A stretch of DNA of 64,000 bases from Nitrospirota bacterium (GTDB lineage: Bacteria; Nitrospirota; Thermodesulfovibrionia; UBA6902; DSMQ01). The notes beneath the pieces are model-generated. The model ran no database searches. It saw only the letters and a list, made by a program, of their open reading frames with translations, and was not told where the DNA came from. Numbering within the stretch: position 1 is the first letter of the stretch; each line of letters opens with the position of its first letter. A program made the translations under genes and the position numbers. The stretch is taken from contig JACQXB010000023.1 of NCBI GenBank assembly GCA_016208965.1, forward strand, positions 95,474-159,473, given 5' to 3'. Of this stretch, positions 52,675 through 62,989 are shown one piece after another.

Positions 52675-55236
52675 ATGATAACAATAAACATTAATGAAAA
52701 AGAGATAAGGCTTGATAAGCCCGTAACAGTGCTTGAGGCTGCACGGACAGCAGGGATAAAGATACCAACCCTCTGTGCCCACGAATTACTTGAAGCATAC
52801 GGTGGCTGCAGGCTCTGTGTTGTAGAAGTGGAAAGAATGCTGAAACTCCAGACCGCATGTACCCTGATTGCTGCTGATGGCATGGTCATCAGGACCAAGT
52901 CAGAGGCTATATCTAATGCCAGACGGAGTATTTTGGAGTTTCTGCTTATAAATCATCCTCTTGACTGTCCTGTATGTGATAAGGCAGGGGAATGTGAGCT
53001 GCAGGACTTGGTTAATAAATATGGTGCGACTGCTGGAAGGTTTAAGGAGGAAAAGAGAAAGGTTCCAGAGAGTCATGAAGACAGAATCTTTACAAGGAAC
53101 ATGGAGCGGTGCGTCCTCTGCACAAGGTGTGTGAGGATGTGTAATGATGTTCAGGGAGCATCTGCTATCAATATTGTCGGCAGAGGTGGCAGATCAAGGA
53201 TGGAGCCGTTCTCTCCAACATCTTTTAATTGTGAATACTGTGGAAACTGCCTTACTGTATGCCCTGTTGGTGCAATCCTGAGCAGGCCCCATCTGCATAG
53301 CCTTAGACCATGGCAGATTGATAAAGAGGTAGAAACCATATGCCCTTATTGTGGTGTTGGATGTTCCTTTGTTGTGCAGGTAAGAGACGAGTCAATAAAA
53401 CGTGTGATTCCACGGTTTGGGTTTGGTTTAAACAACGGACTTTTATGTTCAAGGGGCAGGTTTGGTTATGAGGTTACAGGCAGTCAGGAGAGGATTAAGG
53501 TGCCTCTTGTGAGGATAGACGGGAAATTACATCAGAGCACATGGGATTATGCATTAAACCTTATTGCAGATAAGTTAAAGGATATAAGGGATACACACGG
53601 GGGCAGTGCGATTGCAGGTATAGCATCACCAAGATGCACTAATGAAGATAATTATGTATTCCAGAAATTTATGCGGATGGCATGTAAGACAAACAATATA
53701 GATTCAATTTCAAGGATTGGATTTGCATCTGCCCAGAGATACTTTGAAGACCTTTTAGGGCAGGGCATCACAGCAAACATAATATTAGGACTTAAGAACT
53801 CCGATATTATTTTGGTTCTGGGTGGTGACCCTACTGCTGTAAATCCGATTCTTGGGCTTTCTATAAGGGCTGCGGCAAGAAATGGAACGAAAATCGCTGT
53901 CATAGGTAATGCAAAAGGTCTTGAAAGATTCAAGACACTCAGGATTGTACCTGACATTTTTAAAGAGGCAGAGGTATTAGAGTACCTCTTAACAGAAATA
54001 TTTAGGGCTAAAGGTCTTCGTGGTGAAAAACCTGCGCTTGATAGAAAGATTGAGGGGCTTTCAGGAAAATCCTTAAAAATAGATATTGCTGGCCTTGCTG
54101 AATTAAAGGATGTGCTTCTTAGTGGTGGCTCTGTTTCTATTGTCCTGGGTATGGATGTTGTTCATCGGAGCAGAGGACACAGGATACTCTTTGCAGTTGC
54201 AGGCATTACTTATTTACTTGAGGCAAGGCTTTATCTTCTATCCGAGAGTTCAAACGAGCAGGGGCTCATTGATATGGGCTGCGTGCCTGACATGCTTCCG
54301 GGAGGAAGACCACTTGTGGTAGGTGATTTCAAAAAAAGGTTTGAAACTGTGTGGAAAGGAACTATCCCGGAAAAAGGAGGTCTTACCCTTATGGAGATAA
54401 TAGAGGCAACAAAAGATAAGAAGATAAAGGTATTATATGTCATGGGTGAGAATCCTGTTTTTAATCTTCCGAACACTTCTTATGTAAAAGAGGCTTTAAA
54501 ATCTCTTGATTTCCTCGTTGTTCAGGACATATTTCTCACAGAAACAGCAGAGCTTGCTGATGTGGTCTTACCTGCATCAGGTTGGTCAGAAAAAGACGGA
54601 ACATATACGAACCTTGAGAGAAGGATACAGCTTCTAAGAAAAGCAGTGAATACCCCGAGCAGTGCAGATGACTGGAGGACAATATCGGAAATTTCAAGCA
54701 AGATGGGATATGAGATGCATTATCCAAGGGCAGAGGATATAATGGAGGAAATCGCAACGGTCTCACCACTTTATAAAGACCTCACTTATGATGAAATTGA
54801 AAAAGGAAACTGTCTCTGGCCGTATAATGGCGAACCTTTAAGGGGTGTGGTAAGTGAGATTCCTGCTGCTGAAGAAACCTTCCGTGAATATAAAGAAGGG
54901 CTTTACCTTGCCCCTGAGAAAATCCTGTTTCATTCAGGGACACTCTCAAGAAGGGCTTTAGCCTTAAGGAAAATCTGCCCTGAGCCCACGCTTAAAATAG
55001 GAACTAATCATGCTGAGAAGCTCGGATTAAAAGAAGGCGATAATGTTAGTGTTTCTACTGCACAGGGCAGTATTAATGTTCAGGTCTCCATTGATACCGC
55101 TATAAAAGACAATAAGGTTTTGCTTGGCAATAATTTTGAGGGCAGAGGTGTATTCAGCCTGTTAAATTATGAGATTGACCCTATAACAAAGGTGCCCGGT
55201 ATAGAGGGTTGCGAGGTAACAATAGAAAAGATATAG
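52675..55236 (+). CDS. nuoG: NADH-quinone oxidoreductase subunit G (long form with molybdopterin-like domain)
   Basis: N-terminal 2Fe-2S (C..L.....GGCRLC), HPLDCPVCDKAGEC, 4Fe-4S CxxCxxCxxxCP, then an MopB-like domain. Confidence 0.93.
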   Translation: MITININEKEIRLDKPVTVLEAARTAGIKIPTLCAHELLEAYGGCRLCVVEVERMLKLQTACTLIAADGMVIRTKSEAISNARRSILEFLLINHPLDCPVCDKAGECELQDLVNKYGATAGRFKEEKRKVPESHEDRIFTRNMERCVLCTRCVRMCNDVQGASAINIVGRGGRSRMEPFSPTSFNCEYCGNCLTVCPVGAILSRPHLHSLRPWQIDKEVETICPYCGVGCSFVVQVRDESIKRVIPRFGFGLNNGLLCSRGRFGYEVTGSQERIKVPLVRIDGKLHQSTWDYALNLIADKLKDIRDTHGGSAIAGIASPRCTNEDNYVFQKFMRMACKTNNIDSISRIGFASAQRYFEDLLGQGITANIILGLKNSDIILVLGGDPTAVNPILGLSIRAAARNGTKIAVIGNAKGLERFKTLRIVPDIFKEAEVLEYLLTEIFRAKGLRGEKPALDRKIEGLSGKSLKIDIAGLAELKDVLLSGGSVSIVLGMDVVHRSRGHRILFAVAGITYLLEARLYLLSESSNEQGLIDMGCVPDMLPGGRPLVVGDFKKRFETVWKGTIPEKGGLTLMEIIEATKDKKIKVLYVMGENPVFNLPNTSYVKEALKSLDFLVVQDIFLTETAELADVVLPASGWSEKDGTYTNLERRIQLLRKAVNTPSSADDWRTISEISSKMGYEMHYPRAEDIMEEIATVSPLYKDLTYDEIEKGNCLWPYNGEPLRGVVSEIPAAEETFREYKEGLYLAPEKILFHSGTLSRRALALRKICPEPTLKIGTNHAEKLGLKEGDNVSVSTAQGSINVQVSIDTAIKDNKVLLGNNFEGRGVFSLLNYEIDPITKVPGIEGCEVTIEKI

Positions 55237-55247
55237 GATAAACAGGG

Positions 55248-56219
55248 ATGACCATATTAGAAATAGGAATTACTTTCATTAAGGTTTTTATTCTTGTCAC
55301 TATAGTCCTGCTTCATGTTGCCTATGCAACATATTGTGAACGTAAGGTAATCGGACACATGCAGGCAAGGCTTGGACCAATGCATGTTGGTCCGCATGGC
55401 TTGCTACAGCCAATTGCTGACTTTGTGAAGCTCTTCTTCAAAGAAGATATCATACCTTCAAATGCAGATAAGCCAGTTTTCTTTATAGCGCCGGTGATAG
55501 GGGTTATTGCAGCCTTATCATCTTTAGCTGTTATCCCTCTCTGGGAAACCTTCTCCATTGCCAACCTTAATATAGGAATCTTATATATATTGGCCCTTTC
55601 GTCATTAGGTGCGTATAGTATTATTCTGGCAGGATGGGCATCAAACTCAAAATATGCCTTCCTTGGCGGTCTCAGGGCATCAGCGCAGGTCATAAGCTAC
55701 GAGATTGCAATAGGACTTAGCCTTGTTGGAGTTATGATGCTTGCCGGAAGCGCAAACCTTGTAGATATAGTAAATGCCCAGTCAATGTATCCTTTTATAC
55801 TTGTGCAGCCTATAGCATTTTTCGTATTCATTATGTCAGCAATTGCTGAGACAAACAGGGCGCCGTTTGATTTACCAGAGGCAGAGAGTGAACTCGTAGC
55901 AGGTTATTTTACAGAATACAGTGGAATGAGATTCGGTCTGTTTTTTATGGCTGAGTATGTAGCAATGTTTATTATGTCTGCTATAGCGACAATCTGTTTT
56001 CTCGGAGGATGGAAAGGACCTGATTTCTGGGTTTTCTCATATGTTCCTCAGATAGTATGGTTTTTAATAAAAGTTTATGCATTGATTTTCTTCTATTTCT
56101 GGATAAGGGCAACACTTCCGAGATACAGGTATGACCAGCTTATGGGACTGGGATGGAAGCTCTTTATCCCTTTGGCACTGGCGAATATAGTGATAACAGG
56201 ATTGGTGAAACTATTTTAA
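55248..56219 (+). CDS. nuoH: NADH-quinone oxidoreductase subunit H
   Basis: ERKVIGHMQARLGP, ETNRAPFDLPEAESELVAG and RYDQLM motifs. Confidence 0.95.
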   Translation: MTILEIGITFIKVFILVTIVLLHVAYATYCERKVIGHMQARLGPMHVGPHGLLQPIADFVKLFFKEDIIPSNADKPVFFIAPVIGVIAALSSLAVIPLWETFSIANLNIGILYILALSSLGAYSIILAGWASNSKYAFLGGLRASAQVISYEIAIGLSLVGVMMLAGSANLVDIVNAQSMYPFILVQPIAFFVFIMSAIAETNRAPFDLPEAESELVAGYFTEYSGMRFGLFFMAEYVAMFIMSAIATICFLGGWKGPDFWVFSYVPQIVWFLIKVYALIFFYFWIRATLPRYRYDQLMGLGWKLFIPLALANIVITGLVKLF

Positions 56220-56313
56220 ATGCAAAAATTAAAATGCAAAATGCAAAATTAAGGAGTTTATAATTAAAAATGTTCCATAATTTTGATTTTTAATTTTTGA
56301 ATTTTAATTTTTA
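56220..56313. repeat. Low-complexity A/T-rich tandem-oligomer hairpin between nuoH and nuoI
   Basis: ATGCAAAAATTAAAATGCAAAATGCAAAATTAAGG...TTTTGATTTTTAATTTTTGAATTTTAATTTTTATT. Confidence 0.7.
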
Positions 56314-56321
56314 TTCTGGTT

Positions 56322-56882
56322 ATGACAACTAAAAAATTTATAAAAAAGGTATTCTTTATTGAGATTCTTCAGGGATTGGCTCTGACGCTGAAGCATATGT
56401 TTTCTCCTGCTGTCACAAGGCAATATCCCTATGAGAAAAGAGAAGCGGCTGCCGGCTTCAGAGGGCTTCATGCACTTGTAAGGGATAAGGAAACAGGTGC
56501 GGCAAAATGCGTTGGCTGCGGTCTTTGTGCAGCAATGTGTCCTTCCCAATGCATCCATATTTATACAATAGAAGGTGAAGACCACAAGAAGGTTGTAGAT
56601 AGATATGAAATAGATGTATTGAGATGTGTCTTTTGCGCCTTTTGTGTGGAGGCATGCCCTTTTGGTGCAATCTCATTAACTGAGCATTATGAATATTCTG
56701 ACTATGCAAAGGATGCCTTTTATATGACAAAGGAAAAACTGCTTTTAACCTGGGATAAATATATGGCAGGTGAAAAAGGAGAAGAGTATTTCAAAAAATT
56801 CTGGAGACCGATGAGTGAAGATTTTATACAGAAAATTCAAAATGCAAAATTCATGCCGACTTGTCGGCACAAGGGAGGATGA
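56322..56882 (+). CDS. nuoI: NADH-quinone oxidoreductase subunit I (2x[4Fe-4S])
   Basis: CVGCGLCAAMCP and CVFCAFCVEACP motifs. Confidence 0.93.
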   Translation: MTTKKFIKKVFFIEILQGLALTLKHMFSPAVTRQYPYEKREAAAGFRGLHALVRDKETGAAKCVGCGLCAAMCPSQCIHIYTIEGEDHKKVVDRYEIDVLRCVFCAFCVEACPFGAISLTEHYEYSDYAKDAFYMTKEKLLLTWDKYMAGEKGEEYFKKFWRPMSEDFIQKIQNAKFMPTCRHKGG

Positions 56883-56915
56883 AAATAGGCGGGATTTTCT
56901 AACCTCGCATTTTCT

Positions 56916-56982
56916 GTCATTCCGTGCTTGACACGGAATCCAGATCTTTTGTCTTCTGGATTCCTGCTTTCGCAGGAATGAC
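56916..56982. repeat. GTCATTCC...GGAATGAC compound palindrome between nuoI and nuoJ
   Basis: GTCATTCCGTGCTTGACACGGAATCCAG-ATCTTTTGTCTT-CTGGATTCCTGCTTTCGCAGGAATGAC. Confidence 0.85.
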
Positions 56983-57000
56983 AATATAATTAAGGGTCTT

Positions 57001-57513
57001 ATGCTACCTAAACTCTTTTTTGCATATTTTGCTGTGGTGATTGTTGGGACATCAATTCTTGTGATAACAAGAAAAAACCCTATTCACAGTGTTTTGTGGA
57101 TGTTGGTCCTCTTTGTTCACATAGCAGCACTTTATCTTTTTTTGAATGCCGAGTTTTTAGCAGCAATACAGATTATTATATATGCTGGGGCTATTCTGGT
57201 ATTGTTCCTCTTTGTCATCATGCTGCTAAACCTGAAAAGAGAGGAGATGGAGAAGAGATTTCAAAAACAATGGCCATTAGGTGTGTTTGCGGGTATGGTT
57301 TTTATAGTGTTTTTGGTATTGATACTAAGTCAGATTGTGGTGTTTCCACAGCTTGGTCCCTACAGTATTCAGGCAATACAGTCTGAGGGAAACCTCATGA
57401 CCGTTGGAAAGGTTTTATATACAGAGTATCTTTTGCCATTTGAAATAACATCTGTGATACTGTTAGTGGCTATTATAGGAGCAGTAGTTCTGGCAAAGAG
57501 GAAGGTTAATTAA
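57001..57513 (+). CDS. nuoJ: NADH-quinone oxidoreductase subunit J
   Basis: Five TM helices, VIYAGAILVLFLFVIML pattern, operon position. Confidence 0.9.
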   Translation: MLPKLFFAYFAVVIVGTSILVITRKNPIHSVLWMLVLFVHIAALYLFLNAEFLAAIQIIIYAGAILVLFLFVIMLLNLKREEMEKRFQKQWPLGVFAGMVFIVFLVLILSQIVVFPQLGPYSIQAIQSEGNLMTVGKVLYTEYLLPFEITSVILLVAIIGAVVLAKRKVN

Positions 57514-57514
57514 T

Positions 57515-57592
57515 GAATAGAAGATGGGAAGATAAGAAGTTTAGAAGATGTGAAATCTCAACCTCATTAACTTCTTAACTTCTCAAGTTCTG
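57515..57592. repeat. Low-complexity tandem-oligomer hairpin (GAAGAT/AACTTCT arms) between nuoJ and nuoK
   Basis: GAATAGAAGATGGGAAGATAAGAAGTTTAGAAGATG...TTAACTTCTTAACTTCTCAAGTTCTG. Confidence 0.7.
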
Positions 57593-57610
57593 TTTACCGG
57601 AGGTAAACGA

Positions 57611-57913
57611 GTGGTTCCGTTAAGCTGGTATATTGTTCTTAGTGCAGTGGTATTCAGCATTGGCGTCATAGGGTTTCTTACAAGACGCAACCTGATAATT
57701 GCTTTTATCTCTATAGAGTTAATGCTTAATTCTGTAAATATTAGCCTTGTTGCCTTTAGCCATTATCTTCAGTCTATAAAAGGACAGATTATGGTCTTTC
57801 TTGTAATCGCTGTGGCTGCTGCAGAGGCAGTAGTTGGTCTGGCTATTTTAATTGCATTATTCAGGAATAAACCAACAGTAAATGTTGATGAGATAAACCT
57901 ATTGAAAGGATGA
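57611..57913 (+). CDS. nuoK: NADH-quinone oxidoreductase subunit K
   Basis: 100 aa, three TM helices, IELMLN...AAAEAAVGLAI pattern. GTG start after a GGAGG RBS. Confidence 0.92.
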   Translation: MVPLSWYIVLSAVVFSIGVIGFLTRRNLIIAFISIELMLNSVNISLVAFSHYLQSIKGQIMVFLVIAVAAAEAVVGLAILIALFRNKPTVNVDEINLLKG

Positions 57914-57915
57914 AA

Positions 57916-58036
57916 GCAGGATGCAAGATACAGGATACAAGATGCAAGATAAAAGACAAAAATTTTTATCCTGTATCATGAATCGTGAATCATGCATCAT
58001 GATGTATCATGAATCATGCATCGTGTATCGTGTATT
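57916..58036. repeat. Low-complexity tandem-oligomer hairpin (GCAAGAT/CAGGATA versus ATCATG/ATCGTG arms) between nuoK and nuoL
   Basis: GCAGGATGCAAGATACAGGATACAAGATGCAAGATAAAAG...TATCCTGTATCATGAATCGTGAATCATGCATCATGATGTATCATGAATCATGCATCGTGTATCGTGTAT. Confidence 0.75.
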
Positions 58037-58048
58037 GAGGGATAATAA

Positions 58049-59971
58049 ATGCTGAAATATACATTAATACCTTTACTGCCTTTGATTGCGTTTGTTATTA
58101 ACATATTGTTTGGCCGTAACTATATAAAAGACAAGGCTCACTGGATAGCGGTCCCTGCTGTATTAGGCTCTTTTGTACTTTCAGTATCTGTATTTATGGA
58201 TGTTTATGCAGGGAATGTTATTAACCTTAACCTCTATACCTGGATTGTATCAGGCAATTTCAATGTACCTATAGGTTTTCTCATAGACCAGTTGACAGCA
58301 ACAATGCTCATAGTTGTGACTTCTATCAGTTCTCTGATTTTCATTTATTCAATCGGCTATATGCATGGTGACAAGGGCTACCACAGATTCTTTGCTTATT
58401 TAAGCCTTTTTGTGTTTTCAATGCTTATCCTTGTGATGGCAAATAACTTTCTACTCCTTTACTTTGGATGGGAGGCAGTGGGTCTTTGTTCTTACTTTCT
58501 TATAGGTTTTTGGTTTGAGAAAAAATCTGCAGCAGACGCTGGCAAGAAGGCATTTATCGTTAACAGATTTGGAGATTTTGGATTTGGTCTTGGAGTTATA
58601 TTAGTATTCCTTACATTCGGGAGTCTTGAATATGTGGAGGTATTTGCAAATACAGGAAGCGTTTTAGGCCAGACTATGAATATACTCGGATACGAGGTAG
58701 ATACTATTACAGTGATATGCCTTCTACTCTTTTGCGGTGCTGTTGGAAAATCTGCACAGGTGCCGCTTCATGTGTGGCTTCCAGATGCCATGGAAGGACC
58801 AACACCTGTCTCTGCACTGATACACGCTGCAACAATGGTTACTGCTGGTGTATTTATGGTTGCCCGATGCAGCCCTCTGTTTAATCTCTCTCCTGATGCA
58901 ATGACAGTGGTGGCAGTTGTGGGGGGGATAACCGCAATATTTGCTGCATCAATAGGACTTGTGCAGAATGATATAAAACGGATAATAGCTTACTCTACTG
59001 TAAGTCAGCTTGGATATATGTTCCTTGCACTCGGCATGGGCGCTTACACTACCGCGATATTTCACCTTTATACACACGCATATTTTAAGGCACTATTGTT
59101 TCTTGGTTCTGGAAGCGTTATCCATGCACTACATAATGAGATGAATATACAGAAGATGGGAGGACTTAAAAAATACATGCCTGTTACATACTGGACATTT
59201 CTTATAGCATCATTAAGTATATCGGGAATACCGGGATTGGCAGGATTCTTCAGTAAAGATGAAATCCTATGGAGGGCATATACAGGTGGAGACTTGGGAA
59301 AATTTCTCTGGGTTTTAGCTATTGTTTCAGCCTTCATGACAGCATTTTATTCTTTTAGATTGATATACCTGACTTTTCACGGAAAATTTCGGGGGACACA
59401 TGAGCAGGAACATCATCTTCATGAATCCCCTCCTGTTATGACAATCCCTTTGATATTCCTTGCCCTTGGAGCAGTCGGAGCAGGCTGGGTAGGTATCCCT
59501 CCGCTTTTAATGGACCACGGGGATAAAATCGGAGAGTTTCTCGCACCTGTGCTTGGGCATCCAAAAGGTGAGGGCACACATTCTGAGGAATTGTTTGTTA
59601 TGGGACTCTCTGTCCTTATTGGGTTAGCAGGTATATTTACTGCTTTTATTATGTATCTTAAGAAGACCGATTTACCCTATAAGGTCGGCTCTGCATTTCA
59701 GCCTGTTTATAAGCTTCTTTACAACAAGTACTGGGTGGATGAACTTTATTATAAGACGATTGTAAAGCCTGCACTTATTGCCTCTGATAAGATATTTTTA
59801 GGGTTCTTTGACGGAAGGCTCATAGAGGGTGTTGTCAATGGTATTCCAAATCTTATCGGCAGTCTCGGACAGAGGTTAAGAAAGATACAGACAGGCGTTC
59901 TTTCTCATTACGGGATTATTATGGCATTAGGGGCACTGGTAATAATAGGGGTTATGATTTTTATAAAATAA
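58049..59971 (+). CDS. nuoL: NADH-quinone oxidoreductase subunit L
   Basis: 640 aa antiporter-like subunit with WEAVGLCSYFLIGFW, GKSAQVPLHVWLPDAMEGPTPVSALIHAATMV and a C-terminal lateral helix region. Confidence 0.95.
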   Translation: MLKYTLIPLLPLIAFVINILFGRNYIKDKAHWIAVPAVLGSFVLSVSVFMDVYAGNVINLNLYTWIVSGNFNVPIGFLIDQLTATMLIVVTSISSLIFIYSIGYMHGDKGYHRFFAYLSLFVFSMLILVMANNFLLLYFGWEAVGLCSYFLIGFWFEKKSAADAGKKAFIVNRFGDFGFGLGVILVFLTFGSLEYVEVFANTGSVLGQTMNILGYEVDTITVICLLLFCGAVGKSAQVPLHVWLPDAMEGPTPVSALIHAATMVTAGVFMVARCSPLFNLSPDAMTVVAVVGGITAIFAASIGLVQNDIKRIIAYSTVSQLGYMFLALGMGAYTTAIFHLYTHAYFKALLFLGSGSVIHALHNEMNIQKMGGLKKYMPVTYWTFLIASLSISGIPGLAGFFSKDEILWRAYTGGDLGKFLWVLAIVSAFMTAFYSFRLIYLTFHGKFRGTHEQEHHLHESPPVMTIPLIFLALGAVGAGWVGIPPLLMDHGDKIGEFLAPVLGHPKGEGTHSEELFVMGLSVLIGLAGIFTAFIMYLKKTDLPYKVGSAFQPVYKLLYNKYWVDELYYKTIVKPALIASDKIFLGFFDGRLIEGVVNGIPNLIGSLGQRLRKIQTGVLSHYGIIMALGALVIIGVMIFIK

Positions 59972-61506
59972 TGGAAAACGTAATTTTAAATCAGCTTAGT
60001 TATTCAATTCTCACAGTAATGGTATTTTTCCCTCTTTTAGGGGCGATTCTACTCCTATTTATGAAAAATGCAAACTCTATAAGATGGACAAGCCTTCTCA
60101 TAACAGTCGGGGCGCTTGCCGTTGCACTCCCTATGCTCAGCGCTTTTGACAAAACCACTTATCTTATGCAGTTTGTAGAGAGGCGGGAATGGATTCCATC
60201 ATGGGGGATAAATTACTTTGTAGGAATAGATGGGATAAGCGTCCTGTTTATCTTTCTCACCATCCTTTTAAGTATCCTCTCTGTTCTGGTTTCGTGGAAG
60301 GCTATTGAGACAAAGGTAAAAGAATTTTATATAGCCATCCTCATAATGGAAACAGGGCTGCTCGGTGTTTTTGTATCTTTAGATTTTTTCCTTTTCTATC
60401 TCTTCTGGGAAGCAATGTTGATTCCCATGTTTCTTTTAATAGGGGTATGGGGAGGGCAGCAGAGGGTTTATGCTGCAATAAAGTTTTTCCTTTACACACT
60501 TGTTGGAAGCGTGCTTATGCTCGTCGGGATTGTGGTATTGTATCTTTATAGTGGAAGGACACTTGATATCCTCGTATTAAGTAATATCAAATACCCCTTA
60601 TACCTTCAATATTGGTTATTCCTTGCATTTTTTGCAGCATTTGCAGTAAAGGTTCCAATGTTCCCTGTGCATACATGGCTGCCTGACGCCCATACAGAGG
60701 CGCCAACAGCAGGCAGTGTCATACTCGCTGGCGTGTTGATTAAAATGGGGGCATACGGATTTTTGAGGTTTTCAATTCCGATGTTCCCGGATGCAACAAG
60801 GTTTTTTATCATCCCTTTATTTATACTCTCTATCATTGCAATTATTTATGGGGCAATGGTCTGTTTTGCCCAGAAAGATTTAAAACGTCTTATTGCTTAT
60901 TCAAGCGTAAGCCACATGGGTTTCGTCACACTCGGTATCTTTACACTTAACACTCAGGGTGTTGAGGGTGGGATACTTCAGATGCTCAATCACGGTATTA
61001 TCACAGGTGCGTTGTTTCTAATGGTGGGGATTATTTATGAAAGGACGCACACGAGGATGATTGTTGACTACGGAGGCTTTGCGTCTCTGACACCATGGTA
61101 TGCAGGGATATTTATGGTATTTACACTTGCCTCCATAGGTCTTCCAGGCACAAATGGATTTATAGGCGAATTCTTGATTATCTTTGGGGCATTAAAGGCA
61201 AAGAAAATCTTGGGTATCCTTGCAGCAACAGGTATCATCCTTGGCGCTGGATATATGTTATGGCTTTACCAAAGGGTGTTTTTTGAAAGACCTAATCCAG
61301 CAGCCCATCATCTGATAATGGATTTAAACTTCAGAGAGGTAATAACTCTAATGCCATTGATTATTCTCGTCTTCTGGATAGGTTTTTTCCCTGAGACATT
61401 CCTGAGCTTTATGCATGCCTCTGTGGAACACCTTATCAAGCATATGAATACAGGCACTATGGTAGAAGATTCGATGGCTCAGCATATATGGGAGATTTTG
61501 AGATGA
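59971..61506 (+). CDS. nuoM: NADH-quinone oxidoreductase subunit M
   Basis: Antiporter-like with AFAVKVPMFPVHTWLPDAHTEAPTAGSVILAGVLIKMG. Confidence 0.95.
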   Translation: MENVILNQLSYSILTVMVFFPLLGAILLLFMKNANSIRWTSLLITVGALAVALPMLSAFDKTTYLMQFVERREWIPSWGINYFVGIDGISVLFIFLTILLSILSVLVSWKAIETKVKEFYIAILIMETGLLGVFVSLDFFLFYLFWEAMLIPMFLLIGVWGGQQRVYAAIKFFLYTLVGSVLMLVGIVVLYLYSGRTLDILVLSNIKYPLYLQYWLFLAFFAAFAVKVPMFPVHTWLPDAHTEAPTAGSVILAGVLIKMGAYGFLRFSIPMFPDATRFFIIPLFILSIIAIIYGAMVCFAQKDLKRLIAYSSVSHMGFVTLGIFTLNTQGVEGGILQMLNHGIITGALFLMVGIIYERTHTRMIVDYGGFASLTPWYAGIFMVFTLASIGLPGTNGFIGEFLIIFGALKAKKILGILAATGIILGAGYMLWLYQRVFFERPNPAAHHLIMDLNFREVITLMPLIILVFWIGFFPETFLSFMHASVEHLIKHMNTGTMVEDSMAQHIWEILR

Positions 61507-62954
61507 TTCTGAGCGATTTTAATCTGTTAAGCATAAGAGTGCTTGTCCCGGAAATTATTCTTATATGCAGCGCCCTAATCATCCTGCTTCTTAACCTTGT
61601 GGTAAAGAGAAAAGAGACTCTTGCATTTACAGGTCTCGTTGGAACACTTGTTTCTGCCTACAGTAGTTTTAAGCTTTATGCATTAAGCTTGTCCGGGAGC
61701 GAATTTATGGGGATGTTTGCATTTGACGGATATTCTATCTTTTTCAAATTTATATTTTATATAAACATCGTCCTTACGATATTTATTTCCATAAGGTACA
61801 TATCTATAGAAATGGCATCTTTTGGAGAATATTATGCCCTTCTTTTATTTGCTACATCAGGCATGATGATTATGGCGTCAGCCACTGACTTAATGGTCAT
61901 TTACCTCGGACTTGAGTTAATGGCACTTTCTACTTATATACTTACCGGGATATTGAGAAAACAGGTGCGCTCAGGTGAGGCAGCCATAAAGTATTTTCTT
62001 CTCGGTGCGTTCTCTTCTGCATTTCTACTTTATGGAATCTCACTAACATACGGTCTTACAGGGACTACAAACCTAAAAGAAATTGCAGTTGCCATGGAGA
62101 CATTAAATCTTCTGGGAAGTCCTGTTTTTCTCTTAGGTCTTATATTCTTTATAGTGGCTTTCGGGTTTAAAATTGCACTTGTTCCGTTTCATATGTGGGC
62201 ACCTGATGCATATGAGGGTGCACCAACATCTATTACTGCCTTCATGTCTGTAGGTCCAAAGGCTGCAGGATTCGCAGTCCTTGGCAGGGTATTTTTTGAG
62301 GCATTTGGATCCATGCACGTACAGTGGTCAAGCATTCTAATACCACTGTCTGTTCTTACAATGCTTGTTGGAAGCGTTACTGCAATTGCACAGACAAATA
62401 TTAAGAGAATGCTTGCTTACTCATCTATTGCCCATGCAGGATATGCACTTTTAGGTATAATCACTGGAACCAGTGAGGGATTATCAAGCATGATGAACTA
62501 CATGCTGATATATGCCTTTATGAATATCGGTGCATTTGCAGTTGTGATTATGCTTAGAAGCGAAGGCTTCATGGGTGAAGAACTGTCTGACTATGAAGGA
62601 CTTGCAAAGACTCGCCCTGTTGCCTCATCGCTCATGCTCATCTTTATGTTTTCCCTTACAGGCATTCCCCCGACAGCTGGTTTTATAGCTAAATTCTATA
62701 TCTTTATGAGTGCAATCAATGCAGGCTATACGTATCTTGTTATAATTGCTGTAATATTCAGCGCGGTTTCTGCATTCTTTTATCTAAGGGTTGTAATGTA
62801 TATGTATATGAAAGAGCCAAAGGCAGAGGTTGTTCTTTCTACATCCACCGCAATGAACATTGCCCTGACAGTGACAGTAGTATCTACCCTTGTTATAGGT
62901 GTATTTCCCTCAGCCCTCATAGAGCTTGCGAGAATGTCATTATCAGGTTTTTGA
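61503..62954 (+). CDS. nuoN: NADH-quinone oxidoreductase subunit N
   Basis: Antiporter-like with GFKIALVPFHMWAPDAYEGAPTSITAFM. Start taken at the ATGA overlap with nuoM (track ORF starts at 61488). Confidence 0.93.
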   Translation: MILSDFNLLSIRVLVPEIILICSALIILLLNLVVKRKETLAFTGLVGTLVSAYSSFKLYALSLSGSEFMGMFAFDGYSIFFKFIFYINIVLTIFISIRYISIEMASFGEYYALLLFATSGMMIMASATDLMVIYLGLELMALSTYILTGILRKQVRSGEAAIKYFLLGAFSSAFLLYGISLTYGLTGTTNLKEIAVAMETLNLLGSPVFLLGLIFFIVAFGFKIALVPFHMWAPDAYEGAPTSITAFMSVGPKAAGFAVLGRVFFEAFGSMHVQWSSILIPLSVLTMLVGSVTAIAQTNIKRMLAYSSIAHAGYALLGIITGTSEGLSSMMNYMLIYAFMNIGAFAVVIMLRSEGFMGEELSDYEGLAKTRPVASSLMLIFMFSLTGIPPTAGFIAKFYIFMSAINAGYTYLVIIAVIFSAVSAFFYLRVVMYMYMKEPKAEVVLSTSTAMNIALTVTVVSTLVIGVFPSALIELARMSLSGF

Positions 62955-62989
62955 TTAGTACCATCTTTTAGAAAGGAGGCATTTTTAAG

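Noticed and set aside
56745-56984. 79-aa minus-strand ORF (MSFLRKQESRRQKIWIPCQARNDRK...).
   Set aside because: It is the translation of the REP-like palindrome plus the antisense of the nuoI 3' end.
57916-58036. The tandemly repeated short units here, and in the other intergenic hairpins, could superficially look like a CRISPR array.
   Set aside because: The units are 7-8 nt and degenerate, with no unique spacers. The second half is the reverse complement of the first, making a hairpin. No cas genes are in the window.
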